A stretch of 63,001 bases of DNA, filler included, from Porpidia crustulata (Eukaryota), in assembly GCA_964255105.1 (NCBI GenBank). It is 6 parts of 6 records of this genome, joined end to end, with 100 filler letters (N's around TTAATTAATTAA, not from the genome) between each part and the next. Parts side by side here need not be neighbours in the genome. Positions count along the whole stretch, not along the records: positions 21,073 to 31,499 come from CAXUWE010000776.1; positions 31,600 to 42,013 come from CAXUWE010000777.1; 4 more parts are not named here. One strand, written 5' to 3'. Position numbers and translations under genes: made by a program. Under the pieces are notes generated by a model, which searched no databases, was not told where the DNA came from, and was given only the letters and a program-made list of their open reading frames with translations. Below are positions 24,468 to 37,600 of this stretch, in pieces. Each line of letters begins with the position of its first letter. Positions within the stretch are counted from its first letter, which is position 1.

Positions 24468-26110
24468 TCATCGCAAAGACCCAGTTCTAGAGAGGTCGCT
24501 TGATGAAGAGATATCAGGAACAAAGCATTCAATGGCTGGTAAGGTCAAATTGTTCTTGCGAACAGTTTTTCTAGGGACGTGCTTTTGGGGGGAGGAAAAT
24601 AATACTTACTAGGGACGGGTTACGTTACCTTACGCTTTTGTGATACCTTAGCTCGGTTTACTTACCAGCCTTGGCTGAAAGTTACTGCAGCATTTAATCG
24701 GGACTCCCCACGGAAGTGCTGCGACGACTTTTGATATATGTAGTAGTAGTAGTATTCATTCCGCCCGGAGGCACGAAGCCTAAAGGGCACTATTTGCTTT
24801 TGGCTTTACATTACATGCGCTGTGATCTGTACCCATTTTCGAGAGGAAAAGCTGTAGCAGCTGCAAAAACCCCCTTAGCCCATACACTGTATATCCTGTT
24901 CCTCTTACACTTGCGTTTCCTTGTTAACCAGCAGCCCACCCCTTTCCTAAGCCTATTCCTCCACCCCGCTAAATATCCCTTTGTAGTTTTGTAACAAACC
25001 TCTTCCCTTAGTAGCGATTTACCGAGAGTATTCCTCAAAATAAAGCCCGAAATAGCTGAATGCCTCGCTGGTGACAACCCCAGATAGCAGACGAAGGATA
25101 TATGCAGATACTAGTGACGATCGAGAGAAGAGTAGGGTCGATAGGCTGCCGTACTTCGAGCACAACACAAATTATTAGCCGGATCGTTGCGACGGGTTGA
25201 CTAGACGTCAGGGCTGACTAGAAGGGTCGTCGGCGATGCCGCGCGGTTGCTGAGGTCGTGAACTCGACGTGGTGATACTCGCGGTCGAAGGTGAAAACTC
25301 TGCACGAATGCTTCCATCTCCACCATCACGGCGACGCGCCGTATCATCACCGCCGCCGCGGTGACTGGCAATTCCTAGCTTCCTCTTCTCCTAGGAGATG
25401 AGTACTGGTCCCCATCACCACGTAGAGGTGATTGCCACGATGGGGACTTTTGATATATTCTAATGACTTACCTCGCTTGCCGAATGTATTACTAATCACT
25501 CAGGTAGATGGGACGATAAGTACATTCAAAGTCATTCTAATTGCACTCTTGATGGCTTAGGGTGAATACTCCGTTTCATTCTATCTCGAGCTAGGGTAGA
25601 ATGATGCGGATGCTTCAGAGGTTATCTACGAAGCGTAAGGCCTCAGCAGGTCGTAGTGGGGTTTTTGGCTCCGTCCCATTCGCGCGTGATAACCATCGAC
25701 TCATGGTTTAGCCGATAGGCCAGAGGAGACAGATATTTTGAGGACCTTTCTCCGGCTTATTTGCATACATTTCGTGGTTGACCGTGTTGGAGCTTCGAGT
25801 ATCTGAAGTGCTCATTGGCATGGGCTATGAACCTGAGACAAAGGAGTATTGCTGTACATCGACGTTTGTATTGGAAGGCTATAGTGTCCTCACGATTTGA
25901 CCTTGATGGTGCATTCTATGGCTTTTCGATTCGTGTGCGACTTGATTCTCTCGAACTAGGAAGTGTATGCTCTACTTGTAAAGAAAGATCGGAATTAGCT
26001 ATCATAACTACGAATATAGATGACAGTTTTATTCAACTTACCCATATAGGTAGCTGAGAATTGGAATCCCTGTAGGGAGTTGTCGTTTGCCCAGCGGCTG
26101 CTTTAATAAT

Positions 26111-27352
26111 TCATGGTACGAATGTCTCAAACCCGAAGTTCCATATTTCTCCAGCGTGTTCATCGTAGCCCCAGCCCTTGGAACTTTTAATGCCAACGTG
26201 CTGAAGAAGGCTTGGAAATTGAGCAAAGCGAGCCAAGTCTTCCGCATCCGCAAAACGTTCAAGAAGCATATCGATATAATAGTCCTCGTACATCGCTTTA
26301 TGGATCCTTTCAATCACGTGTGGCACAATCCTTCGAGGGAAGATGAAGCCTTGCGAGCAACACCCAAAGCGTGACATCAACCTGACGCCGGCAGGTGGGG
26401 GTTGCACAGTCATACGGCCCGCCATGAAGTAAAGGCCGATGAATGCGGGTAGAAAGCAGCAGCAAAGCAAAGCGACGTCGATATTGGAGATATGTCGACG
26501 AAGGAGTGGTAAGCGGGCACGTGAGCCAACCAGTAAAGATAGTAGGGTTCCAAATAGAAGAAACGACCAACCAAGATACCGAGGCCATTCTTCACTATTC
26601 CAGCCTAGAAGCGCTTCCGTATAGAACATCCTTAAGTATAGCCAATCGGCACGTCCTACCTGATCCTCGACATTCCGCAATGAAGACTTAGCCATGCGAT
26701 ACCACCCCTCTCTTGCAACAACGTCGTCTTCAACGATGGTAATCCATGTCGCGCCGGTCTTCAGACAATTACTAAGAAGATAGCCGTAATCGTACATCGA
26801 TTTATTTCGTGGATGATAATTTTCCTCGAAAAAGCGTAGTAGGGCTTGATCAGCGTCAGATACCTCGTAAGTCAGTACCTTATTAGAGATCGCTTTCGGC
26901 CATGATTCGTGATAGACAGGGTGAACAGAAGGATCTGTGTGAGCGATGAATAAGATGAGATATATTTCGGCACGCTCTGCGTCGGAAAGACCTTCTAGCA
27001 ATGACCCTACAGCGCCCCTAACATATTGTTCCTCAGAGCGGCGCGCTATCGTGGCTACTCCAATGCACATAGACGGATTGTCAGAAGATGACGGACCAGA
27101 GGAAGCTGTGTGATTGAAGCGTTCAATATATGCGTAAGCTTGCTTCTCTCTTTGGGCGGAATACGTTCGCTCGTATCCTTTTCTCTCATCGAAGAAGTAC
27201 GTTGTTGGATCACGAGCCGAGGCCACCATATAATACCGAAAGCATATGTACCAAGTAACTGAGAAGAAAAGCACAATCCAAAGAGTCGTAGAGCGTCCCA
27301 AATGGCGGAGGGCAGACCAAGATCTCCTCTCGCCAGATCTTTCAGGCTTCAT
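26111..27352 (-). CDS. PGAP4/TMEM246-like membrane glycosyltransferase (GT-A fold)
   Basis: N-terminal TM, CIGVATIARR, VEDDVVA, LYLRMFY, two inserted TM helices, CCSQGFIFP, PSLLQHVGIKSS. Confidence 0.65.
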   Translation of the reverse strand: MKPERSGERRSWSALRHLGRSTTLWIVLFFSVTWYICFRYYMVASARDPTTYFFDERKGYERTYSAQREKQAYAYIERFNHTASSGPSSSDNPSMCIGVATIARRSEEQYVRGAVGSLLEGLSDAERAEIYLILFIAHTDPSVHPVYHESWPKAISNKVLTYEVSDADQALLRFFEENYHPRNKSMYDYGYLLSNCLKTGATWITIVEDDVVAREGWYRMAKSSLRNVEDQVGRADWLYLRMFYTEALLGWNSEEWPRYLGWSFLLFGTLLSLLVGSRARLPLLRRHISNIDVALLCCCFLPAFIGLYFMAGRMTVQPPPAGVRLMSRFGCCSQGFIFPRRIVPHVIERIHKAMYEDYYIDMLLERFADAEDLARFAQFPSLLQHVGIKSSKGWGYDEHAGEIWNFGFETFVP

Positions 27353-28365
27353 TCTGGCTGTAATTTCGCTGGCGTAAGCCAGATTGCGTAAGTTGGTTCA
27401 AGACATCGCACGACGCTCTTCGATGCTGTCACCAGATAGATGTAAAATTCGAACTCAAGCCTTGGGGCACGACAACGGTGATCGCAATAGCCGCTCAGAG
27501 GGTTAAGTTACGGGACGCTGCCTACCTAGGTACGTAGGAGGTACCTAGGTACCTACGTGACTCGTCACCATACCAGGACGAGCTAGATCGCGACTATAAT
27601 AAGTCCCGGGGAACAATCCATCCGATCCCCGACGCTCCCGTCCACTCCGTCCTACTATGTACACATTTGTCACTGCAAGCTGACGGCGTAGCAGCGCCAA
27701 AAATTTACCTCAAGCCAAAGTACCTTCCTATCCCGTTCCTACCTACCTACCTGGCCAGAGGTCACCTGTGGTTGGGGAATATGGACCAGTAGTTGTATTG
27801 TTGCCGCCGAGAAGGCTGCAAGCCAGTGTGATTGGCCATTCATACTCATTGGACTACCGCTCACGGTCTAGTATGAATGGGTTCTTGGCCTTGCCGCGCA
27901 TCACCTCGACCTTTGACGTAACTCCAGTCACCCCAGTATGGCTGTATGCTAATTTAATAACTGAATTACAAGGGAGGAGACAATCAATGTTTTACGCTGA
28001 GTCGGAGTTTTGAAGAAATGGAAGCAAGTAGACGAGGAATCTATATCTGCGGATTACTGGTACGACGAACAAAAACTCGTCAAGCGCCAGTGCCAGACAT
28101 CTGTGACAAGCTAATGTAGCCTCCATCTCTTCTATGGCAAGATAGCCGTCCTGTTGGGACAATAATGCAACTGCTCATGGATACTGCTTACCCCAGGCCC
28201 TTCCTTTCTAGCCCTCCGTCTAATACAGACATCATCCCCATCATCGAGAAAAATCGATTTTGAATAGCTCTTCAACATCCCCTCACTCAGAATTCGAATT
28301 GTTGAAGTGTCGTGCATTGCCATCGAGACAATTTTATCTTTCTACCATTGTCCTTCAAGTGAGCA

Positions 28366-30831
28366 ATGGAAGCTGGTCCTGTCCCATCTATGTTTCGACA
28401 GCAGTTTTTTCGTAATACTGGCTTGGGCGTACTCAATGATTTTAACACATGGCTTGGTGGACGGCGACACCGAAGCGAGCAGAAAAAGATAGTCATTAAC
28501 AGTTCTCGCTGGACTGCTCTTGGCCGATGTGGCGTTCACGTACTACCTGTTCTTATTTCCATCGGTATTGTCATAATAAATATCCGACAAGTATACATCG
28601 GAATCGACTTCCAAAGTCTCGTAACTTCAGAGACAATCAATATCGCCTTTCTCCAAACTGCAGCAAAACTTCAAGAGCTACTTATCGTTGCAAGCCTTGC
28701 GACCATTGTCTTTCAACTACTCCGTGATGAATTACTTCATGGCGATGGGATACCGTTAGGATTGGTTGGAGCTGGGATGGACTTTACAAAGCTGAGCTTC
28801 TTCTGGTCACCGGAGATTTTGGGTAGCGTCACAAGCCTATTTAAAGGCCGTAGGAGGTACAGAAAGATTCAGCTGGGGCTCTTCCTGATCTTATCTGGAG
28901 CACTTGCTCTGCTTGCAGGTCCTTCATGCGCTGTGCTACTGGTACCACAGAATCAAGATTGGCCCGCTGGCGGAACTTCGTTATTATTGAACGGCACCAT
29001 GGACGAATTTTGGCCGGCTGAACTTCCTTCAAATCCGTCTCTTGCGCCAATGTGTTCTTCCTCCTCTGGAACCCGTTATGGTATCTGCCCAAGCGGAGGC
29101 TATCACTCACTTTGGTCGCATTATGCCAAGCTTGACCACTTAACATTCACAAATGTCGTACCGCCTTACGCTAAAGATCTTTCAGGAAATCGATATTATT
29201 GGTCCATTGAAAGCATGCAGCCTGTTTCGACTAGAACAATTTCTCTTGGTCTACCGCAGGCTAACCGTTTCGTCATCCAACCTCATTTGTCCGTCTCTGT
29301 ATTGTTAGATCAGCTGATGCAGGATTGGTGGAATGCTCTGCTATCAAAGAAGCACTACAATCAGCGGGATATCGATGACCGGCAAGCAGTGTCCTCAAAT
29401 GTTTGGAATCCACTCGTTCACGTAGATTGCTCCTCGGCCCAAGTACTGTCAGCATCAAACCGTACAATCCAGTTTCCTACTTTCGAATCATCTCAACCTT
29501 ACCGAACAGAAAATATAGCATCTTCTGTCATCTCCGATCAACCAGTGGACCACCTCCGATTTTCCTGGATTCCTCTTCCTACAAGCTACGAGTCTGTCAG
29601 CACTGGGGCTGTTCTGCAATCAGCTTGGGGCTCTGATAATCAATCACGCCTCGTTGTTGGCTGCTCCATCCAAGCGCGATGGGTGCCCGCTCATCTCCAG
29701 TCAGAAGCCTATACCTTTTGGCAAGGCTGGTACCCTAAGAACATCACGTTCGCGGAAGCATATCCTATCCGAGGAGATCTTCTACTGGATGGAGTAAGTA
29801 AGAGCACGCGAAACTCCATTGCGATCAATCAGACTTGGCTGGATATGCTCACACCTCCAACCCCAGTAGAGGGACCCGGCTACTCTAATTGGGGTCCGTC
29901 AACGATTGAAAGCATGCTGAGCAGTGTCAAGCTGACAGAGGGCCTGGCATCCGACGCTGGATCTCTCATTGATAGTTGGCAGCCTCAAGGCGACACGAGC
30001 CGGCTTGATTTGCTCGCGTCGGTAATAGGAAGTGTTTTTGCGGATGGGCTCGCACGAGTGAGTATGGAAAAAATATACAACATCCAAGGCAGCCCGTCTC
30101 AGTGGACGCTTGCAGATTATGAAAAAGAGAAAGACTTTGACAATCTCATCCTTCGAGGAGACCGCGCTCTGAAGAACCCAAACTCATCCCAAAGTCAAAC
30201 TAACGAAATAAGTGTGGAATTTTCCATTAGTGGTCTCAGTTACAGGCGCACTCTGGTTCAAAATCTTGCGATGGTAGTTTTGTTCTTGCACATGGCTGTT
30301 GCAACATCACACACGATATGGACAGTAGGAAGAGGCAAATCTTCTGCTTGCTGGGACTCCATAACAGAGATTCTGGTCCTGGCGCAGAATTCAAAGCCTG
30401 CTTATCGTTCGTTACAGAATACAGCAGCTGGTCTCCAACATTCTTACACATTCGCAAAAAGAGTCAGTATCCGGCCAACAAAGCTGCCAAACGCTCAGGA
30501 GCCTGATCATCTTGAGCTTGTTTTTGAGGAGGAGGAAATCCATGCTGAAGATGAGATGACTCACATGGAGCGGCCGAACCGACCGGTATCTTCATCTGCC
30601 AAGAGCTCGACTGCCCATATCGATGAACCATCGACAGCTTCAGCCGAAATCTTGCACCCATCGACCTGGCCCACTCTTCGACGGCATCGTAGCGTACCAT
30701 CCTTGTGGTCGTTTGAGCAATCTAATGATCCAAGACATTCAAACTCAGACTCATCTCTTCTTGTTCTATCCGACCAAGACTCACGCATTCAACCAGGATT
30801 GAGAGTCAAGGACAACCATGCTTACGGATGA
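28366..30831 (+). CDS. Hypothetical multi-pass membrane protein, 821 aa
   Basis: Intronless ORF: N-terminal TM segments, large lumenal region with NxS/T sites, C-terminal TM. Confidence 0.75.
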   Translation: MEAGPVPSMFRQQFFRNTGLGVLNDFNTWLGGRRHRSEQKKIVINSSRWTALGRCGVHVLPVLISIGIVIINIRQVYIGIDFQSLVTSETINIAFLQTAAKLQELLIVASLATIVFQLLRDELLHGDGIPLGLVGAGMDFTKLSFFWSPEILGSVTSLFKGRRRYRKIQLGLFLILSGALALLAGPSCAVLLVPQNQDWPAGGTSLLLNGTMDEFWPAELPSNPSLAPMCSSSSGTRYGICPSGGYHSLWSHYAKLDHLTFTNVVPPYAKDLSGNRYYWSIESMQPVSTRTISLGLPQANRFVIQPHLSVSVLLDQLMQDWWNALLSKKHYNQRDIDDRQAVSSNVWNPLVHVDCSSAQVLSASNRTIQFPTFESSQPYRTENIASSVISDQPVDHLRFSWIPLPTSYESVSTGAVLQSAWGSDNQSRLVVGCSIQARWVPAHLQSEAYTFWQGWYPKNITFAEAYPIRGDLLLDGVSKSTRNSIAINQTWLDMLTPPTPVEGPGYSNWGPSTIESMLSSVKLTEGLASDAGSLIDSWQPQGDTSRLDLLASVIGSVFADGLARVSMEKIYNIQGSPSQWTLADYEKEKDFDNLILRGDRALKNPNSSQSQTNEISVEFSISGLSYRRTLVQNLAMVVLFLHMAVATSHTIWTVGRGKSSACWDSITEILVLAQNSKPAYRSLQNTAAGLQHSYTFAKRVSIRPTKLPNAQEPDHLELVFEEEEIHAEDEMTHMERPNRPVSSSAKSSTAHIDEPSTASAEILHPSTWPTLRRHRSVPSLWSFEQSNDPRHSNSDSSLLVLSDQDSRIQPGLRVKDNHAYG

Positions 30832-31444
30832 CGAATTGATTCCGCAAAACCCTGGAGTAAAGAAAGAGGGAGCAAGGAAGTTGTGCAGCTTCCTTCAACG
30901 TTGCCCAGACGCCCCCTTAGCAGTAGCGCAGGGTCTTTTGATTGCAGCGAGTCCATTCTCAAAAGCCCCTGATAGAGGCATGCACTACGGTCGCCATTTA
31001 GCACAGTAGACAAACATTTCTCTGAGTCATCTCATATGCCATGTAGCCATTCAAGTGAACGTAAAAATCTCCCCAACTCAAAAGTGTCACCGTACTCCTC
31101 CCCATACTCTTGGTCACCTGCAGCGATGTTGCAATATTGACTGCTACGTGGTTCCGGCCAAGGAGGACAGTCATCAAGTTGTCAGTATGAGATGTAACCC
31201 CTATTCAAAATTGATGCCACACGCGCGAGATCGGATCCGTATCCTCTATTCTTCATGAAACGAGGTTGGGTTTGTGCGATTCAGGATTGACTCATGTCAT
31301 CATTGGTTCAAACCTTTACCTTGATGGACAGATTCTGGTTATATGCAGTAGACATATAGACTTTGAATAAGCTTCTGGACGCACGGATCCATAAGATGAG
31401 AATTTCAAAAAAAAAAATTTCTCCGAGGGCGAAAAGTCTCCACA

Positions 31445-31499
31445 TAGGAGTATTCCCGGGCCCGTGCACGTTCCGGTCCCGTGCACACCCCACTTTACT
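31445..31499 (+). mobile_element. Second copy of the transposon terminus at the contig end
   Basis: 53/53 match to reverse complement of 1-53. Confidence 0.7.
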
Positions 31500-31599
31500 N
31501 NNNNNNNNNNNNNNNNNNNNNNNNNNNNNNNNNNNNNNNNNNNTTAATTAATTAANNNNNNNNNNNNNNNNNNNNNNNNNNNNNNNNNNNNNNNNNNNN
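31500..31599. other. Artificial contig spacer
   Basis: N44-TTAATTAATTAA-N44. Confidence 0.99.
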
Positions 31600-33595
31600 A
31601 CCCCCCTCCTTCTTCCCTTCCACCTTCTCCTTGCCCTCGCTCCCCACCTTCCCCCACTTGTTCACCACATCATCCACCTCACTGCGGTACTCCCGCTGCG
31701 AGTTGCACTGCTCCAGGAAAACCTTGTACTTGACCTTCAGGAGCTCCTTCTCGTGAGGGTCACTCGTCGGTGGTACCGCCTTCCCAGGCTTGCTCATTCG
31801 ATCCATAATGTCCCACAGCGGCTCTGTCTTGCCGTCTTTGCCGGCCGATGCGGCTTTGGCGCCCAGCATGGCGGCACCGTGGACGACGGCGGCGTGCACG
31901 TACTGCGGGATGAGGACGGGCATGTCGCAGGCGGAGGCCATGAGGCGCATGAGGATGTCGTTTTGGCACTGGGAGCCGGACATGAAGATGGATTTGATCT
32001 GGTGGCCGGCTTTGTTCATTGACTCGATGATCTGGTGGGTTTGTAGGGCAATAAACTCCATGGTCGCGTAGTAGTAGAGGGCGAGGCCGTCCATGCTCTT
32101 GTCATTGGAGAGGCCGATGACTGCGCCAGTCATGCGGGGGTCGGCGATGGGGGAGCGGTTGCCAAAGAGGTCACCGTAGAAGAAAAAGTGGCGGCCTAGA
32201 TAGGAGATGGTAGGAGCGTCGGTTTTCTTTTGCATGTCGCGGAGGTGCTCGTTGAGGTAGTCGTAGATGTTCATGTTGTAGGATTCTGCGATGCTGAGGG
32301 TTTGTTGGAAGGCAGGATGGGTTTCTAGGACGTGCTTGAGGAGTTCTCCTGTGGCACTCTGTCCTCCTTCGGCCATCCAGTAGTCTGGAATCAGGACATC
32401 GCGGTAGGGGCCCCACACGCCTGGGACGAATACGGGTTCCGGCGACATGGCGATGTGACAAGTCGAGGTTCCAGCGACGGCCGCAAGACGAGTAAAAGCT
32501 TGTGATCGATCATTGTTCGCATAGTGGGAATCGAGCTCATGGCTCCCAAGCTTGACCTTGGCCCCAACCGTACCAACCCAGCCAGCGTAAGCATCAATGA
32601 CACCGCTGCCCACGGCGATTCCAGCGGGCAGACCGAGTTCACCGGCAGCTTTCTGGCTCAAGGTACCAACCAATTCGCCGGCACTGATATATTTTCCGTT
32701 CTTGCATCGCTGTTAGCCGAACTTTGCTCGAAGTAGGTTTAAAGAAAGAGACTCACTACCCCATTGACACCACCCAATCGCTTGAAGTTATCTTCCGTAA
32801 GCTCACCCAAGCCAATATCTTTCAAGAAATCTTCTTGCCAGCCTTTGACACTACCGTCGACACCTACAGGAACATAACCCTGCTTGCAGACGGTGCTGCA
32901 AAAGCTCCTGGTCTCGTTCCCAGTAGCTATGTGCGTCAACGCATCGGCCAAGTCGTAGAATTTGCATCGATCAAATAGTTCCTTGGGCATATTGTTCTTC
33001 AGCCACAGAACTTTCGGGATCTCCATCTCAATTGACATGGTGCCTCCGACATATCGTAAGAGATTGTGTTTGGTGGCATTGATCTTCACCGTCTCATCGA
33101 CAGGTCGATGATCAAGCCATAGAACGACATTGCGATCGTTATCGAATTTCGGTCCTGTCACCGAGACGGCCTCGTCGGTGTCGTGAGCGAAGACGGCGAG
33201 GGAGCAGGTAGCATCAAAACCAATCCCACGGATGGTGGAGGGGTCAATGCTCTGTTGATTCAGGATCCGTTGGACTGAGGAACAGATGCAACGCCAGATG
33301 TCGTTGGTGGATTGTTCCTATCGATGCTGTCAGCGACTGGCTTGAATGCACGAACGGACGATTGCGGTAAGCTTGAATGCCTTACGTAGTAGCCTTGCTC
33401 TGGCTGCCAGAGACCAATATTCTCCGATGCTAGACCTAGAATATCGCCTTTCTCGTTTATCACACAAGCCCGAGCACTGCCGGTGCCAACGTCGATTCCG
33501 ATGTAGTGGTCCATGTGGGGATTCAATTCGTTGTGAGGATCCGTTGACATCTGTCGAGACGGTTGTCGACTCGGATTCCTGAAGGGCAAAGACAT
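31600..33595 (-). CDS. FGGY-family pentulose kinase (D-ribulokinase, Ydr109c-like); 3' end at contig edge
   Basis: YIGIDVGTGSARA, GFDATCSL, WLDHR, AVAGTSTCH, EGGQSATG, GNRSP motifs; multi-exon. Confidence 0.92.
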
Positions 33596-34624
33596 GCTGA
33601 AATAAAGCAATTACGTTTCTAGGGCAGGGAAAGCGTCAACGAATGTGTAGCGTATAGCGGGAGGAGATCCGTCTGGTCCAAGAATGGGCAATTCACTTGG
33701 TCAGGCCAATTTGCTGTCAATTCGCCAATACTTTGACGACGTCAATGGTCGCTTCGGATCGTGGCGGTTTTGTTACAAGGATTGATAGAGAAGAGGTGCA
33801 TGAGAGTTGGTAGGTGCGGCAGAAAACAATAATGAGAAGTTCACGATGACAGAGAACTGGTCTGTATTGGGGCCAAGCTAGCAGGATGCGTTGAGAAAAC
33901 GGGAGAAGCGCCAGGCACCAGGGCAAAGAAGATTTACGGAATCTGGCACCGCTTGGACAACGTTCAACAATAGATTGTGGGTGCACACGAAGCTGTACTT
34001 TAGTGTGCGATTGATTGTTGATTGTCGATTGTTATACCTAAAGTAGGTACCCTAAAGGAGCTCCCCGGATAGCTGGGTACAAGCTAGACAGGTACCTCAG
34101 CTCACTTCCAAATCGTGAGAGCATAACGGTACCTATTGAGCATGGAAGTTTGGGTAACGTTGAACCGGACTCGATAGTGGGGGTGATCGAATGGTGGGGT
34201 AATTCTCAATCACTCTTGTGAGCTCCCCGCTATCCGACACCCCCACCGAAACCATCGTTGACACTGCCAATGGGCTCCTTGCGCTTGGTGTATTACTAGA
34301 ATCCTTCAGGTAACAGCGACAGTCCGTGATAGATTGCCCATTGGCATACGGAGGCGTGGATTAACGATGCTTTGAGTTTCTGAATGTCCACCAAAGCCGC
34401 TGACCTGCGGTCAATAAGAGATTGCTCAGCAATAATCCAAATCAATAACAAATCGGATCGATAAGTAGATCCATGCACGCTTCATCACCGCTGCAGAAGG
34501 GCTCTGCAGAAAGCAACTTAGCTGCATGTCAAAACCTGATTAAAGAAGGACGGCAGGTTGCAGGAGACGATCAGCAGCAATCGATTGGGATGGCATGGAC
34601 TGAGTAGAATTCAGCTAAGAAGCT

Positions 34625-37600
34625 TCATTTACTGACAATGGCCGACATCCACTTCTGTTCGTCTTTCCTGTACCCAAATTCAGCCTCGTCATCAATTGAG
34701 TCTTCAGCGGAGAACTCGATACTCACCGGTCAAAATGCAACAGCATACCAAGAACCGGAATAAGCTGTTGCTGGTGCTTCTTGTCTTTCTGCTCTAAGAA
34801 TTGCAGAAGCACGTTCTTCAGATACACAAAGTCAATGGGAGCTGCACCTGGGCCATTGGCCGAATCAATTGGAATTGCAAACCCAGGTTTACTCTTCGGC
34901 GTCGGTGAGCCAAGCCGTGCTCGGGACAAGTTCGAGTCGATGGATGACCGGGAAGATTGTGCTTCCGAGTCGATGGCCTTAGTCTTGGCCGTCTGGATTG
35001 CTCGAATGTCATCGGCCATGGACTGCGACGGCGACCACGTCAGTTTTCGTTGAACGTCAAGGAAAAGCTTCTCAGACATACCTTATTCGACTTCTGGAGT
35101 TTTTCAAGCCGATGCTGTGTCTCCTCAACTGATCGACGTAGCTCGAATTTCTGCTTTTCAAGTTCTCTGGTCTGTCTTTCGCTCTCGTTAAGTGCATCGC
35201 GAAGCTCGCCCATCGCCTTTCGGATCTCATCAGCTTCTGAAGTAGACTGCTCCGTCTTCGCTTCCAGCTCATCACGCCTCCTCTTCCAGTCTCGCTGTGC
35301 CATTTCAAGCTCCTCTTTATCTTCCTCCGCCCTCTTCAAACTTCGCTCTATGTCGCGTACTTTATTACGCAGATCCTCCAACTCTCGTGCCCTTCGCCTA
35401 CCTAAGGTGCTGGCTTCGTCCTCGGCACGATCTCTTTCTTCGATCGCAGTGTCCATGCGCTCCTTCATTTCTCGAAACCGGGTATCCGCTCTCCCTTCTA
35501 CATCTGCCAGCAGTCTCCTCATAGTTTCACCCTCTCTACTACGCTCGCTGAGAAGTCGGTGAGCTTCGGCAACTTCTTCCTCAAGACTCTCACAGCGTTC
35601 ACGAGCTTCTTTCGTTTGCATGGCCATCTCAGCTGTCTGATCACGCATGCTACTCATTAGACTTTGCGCGCTGGCATGTTGAGCTGTTTTGAGCTCCATA
35701 TCTTCCTTTAGACCTTCATTATCCCCGTATAGCTGGGATGTCTGTAATTCGACTTCTTGGAGTCTTTTCCTGGTGGTGTTGATTTCTTCTCGCGCTTTCG
35801 CAAGGTCTTGAGAAAGTCTATCGAGGGACTCGCTAGCTTGTCGTCGCTCAATCTCCAAGCGTTGAATCTCCTGAACTGCTTTACTGCCAGACTCCTCAGC
35901 CCCCAATCTGGTATTTTCCTCTTGAATAATCTTCTGATTTAAGGTCTTGATATCAGAATCACGTTCAGATATAATCTGCTTCAACCCTGTAATCTCAAAG
36001 CACAATTGCTTATGTTGAGTCTCCAACCTGGTAAATTCTGCATTCCTCTTCCCAAAATCCTCTTTGACCGATCTGAGTTCCAAAACCTCACTTCTTAAAG
36101 ACGTTAATTCTGGTTGTGCTTTCTGTAGAACACTTCTTAAATCGCTCAGATCCTTGAACCTAGAGGAAGCAAGCTGCTGGGCGGCTGCCAAGTCTGTTTG
36201 CAGTGCTGTAGCTTTAACCTTGAGCTCTTCGAATTGAGCGGTTAGCTCGTTATGTTTCTGTTCCGATCCGGCAGTGGTGGAAACTTGAGTGGCATGTAAC
36301 GTTGTAAGCTCGTTTTCTAGATCCTCCACTGTTGATTGTAGCGCGGCTTTTTCGACTTGAAGACTTTTTACGTTGTCCTTGGCCTGAACATGACCCTGCC
36401 CAACATTAACGATATCGTCACGCAGGGATTCAATCTCTTCTTTGAGCGCATCCTGGTCTTGCAGCTTCCCGTGCATCCTTTCAATAGCCTCATCTTTTTT
36501 CTCTAAGAGCTTACGAAATTGTTCAAGCTCCGCTTCTATTCTTGCGATCGTGCTATTTGCATCGATAATTCCATCAAGCTCCTGGGACCCTTCATCAACA
36601 GTCTCCTGAACAACACCCGAATTTACCTCCTTCATCTGCTCAGGGCCAGGTCTACCACCCTTCTTCTTCTTCTTGTTTTTCTTCTTACTTGTAGTGGTAT
36701 TTTCAGCTGACGCGGGAAGCGCATCTGCACTATTTGGGGTGGTAATATTTTCAGCATCATTCGTTCTCAGGTGTGCCTTCGTAGCCTTCGATTCACTTGC
36801 CACGTTTCGATCTCTCTCCTCCAAATCACTCAATTGGATCTGTAGACTCCTAACAAGGTCATTCAGGGTTTCAATGCGCTTTTTGTCTTGCAATCGTACT
36901 GCTTCTAGATCTGTAGTCTTCGTCTCAATATTCTCAAGGGCTAGACTAAGCTGCTCAGCCTTAGGGTCGCCTACTTCGAATTTCTTTACATGCGATCGTA
37001 AAGCAATAAGTTCTGCATTAGCTTCTTCGAGTCGCCCCTCAAGCTCGGCAATCCTCCCAGATTTACAAGAACCATGCTCGTCGCGAACATGGTTCAGACT
37101 GTCTTCTGTATTTTGAAGCTTTGCTTTGACTTGGTCTAGTAGGTTCTCTGAAGAGACTCGATGCTCTTGAAGCTCTGTCTGTGATCGGTCCGTACTCTCC
37201 TTGAAAACACTTAATTCTCGAGTAGCCTCTTCCAGCGTTTGAACCATGCTTTGCGTTGATTCCCTGGCGACTGCCAAATCCGCTTTCAGAGTCTGCACTT
37301 CTTTGCCTAGATTGTTTATTTTCTCTTCTTTCTCTTCGAGCTCGGACTCCATTCTGGGTAGCTCACTGTCGTACGAGAATAGATCTTCGGATCCTTTGCG
37401 CATCACGGGTGACCCGGTGGCCTTGGATTTGGGAGAAAAAAGCGACAAGTTTGGTACTGGAGAAATCCGGGACTTGATCAATGTTGTCGGTGATTTCGCT
37501 ATAGCTTCGACAGATTCCCCGTTAGCGCTGTCATGTTTCGAGGATATCTTTTCAGATGCGCTTTTCTCTTTGCCCGAATCATCACCAGATATGTATAAAT

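Noticed and set aside
25442..25451. AAAAGTCCCC on the minus strand resembling an RNase MRP P4 strand
   Set aside because: No matching 3' P4 strand found nearby
31600..32200. GC-rich codon shift toward contig ends (also near 52616-52900, 59900-60200, 62770-63001), suggesting HGT or chimerism
   Set aside because: Occurs within continuous conserved fungal genes beside low-complexity DNA; more likely local composition
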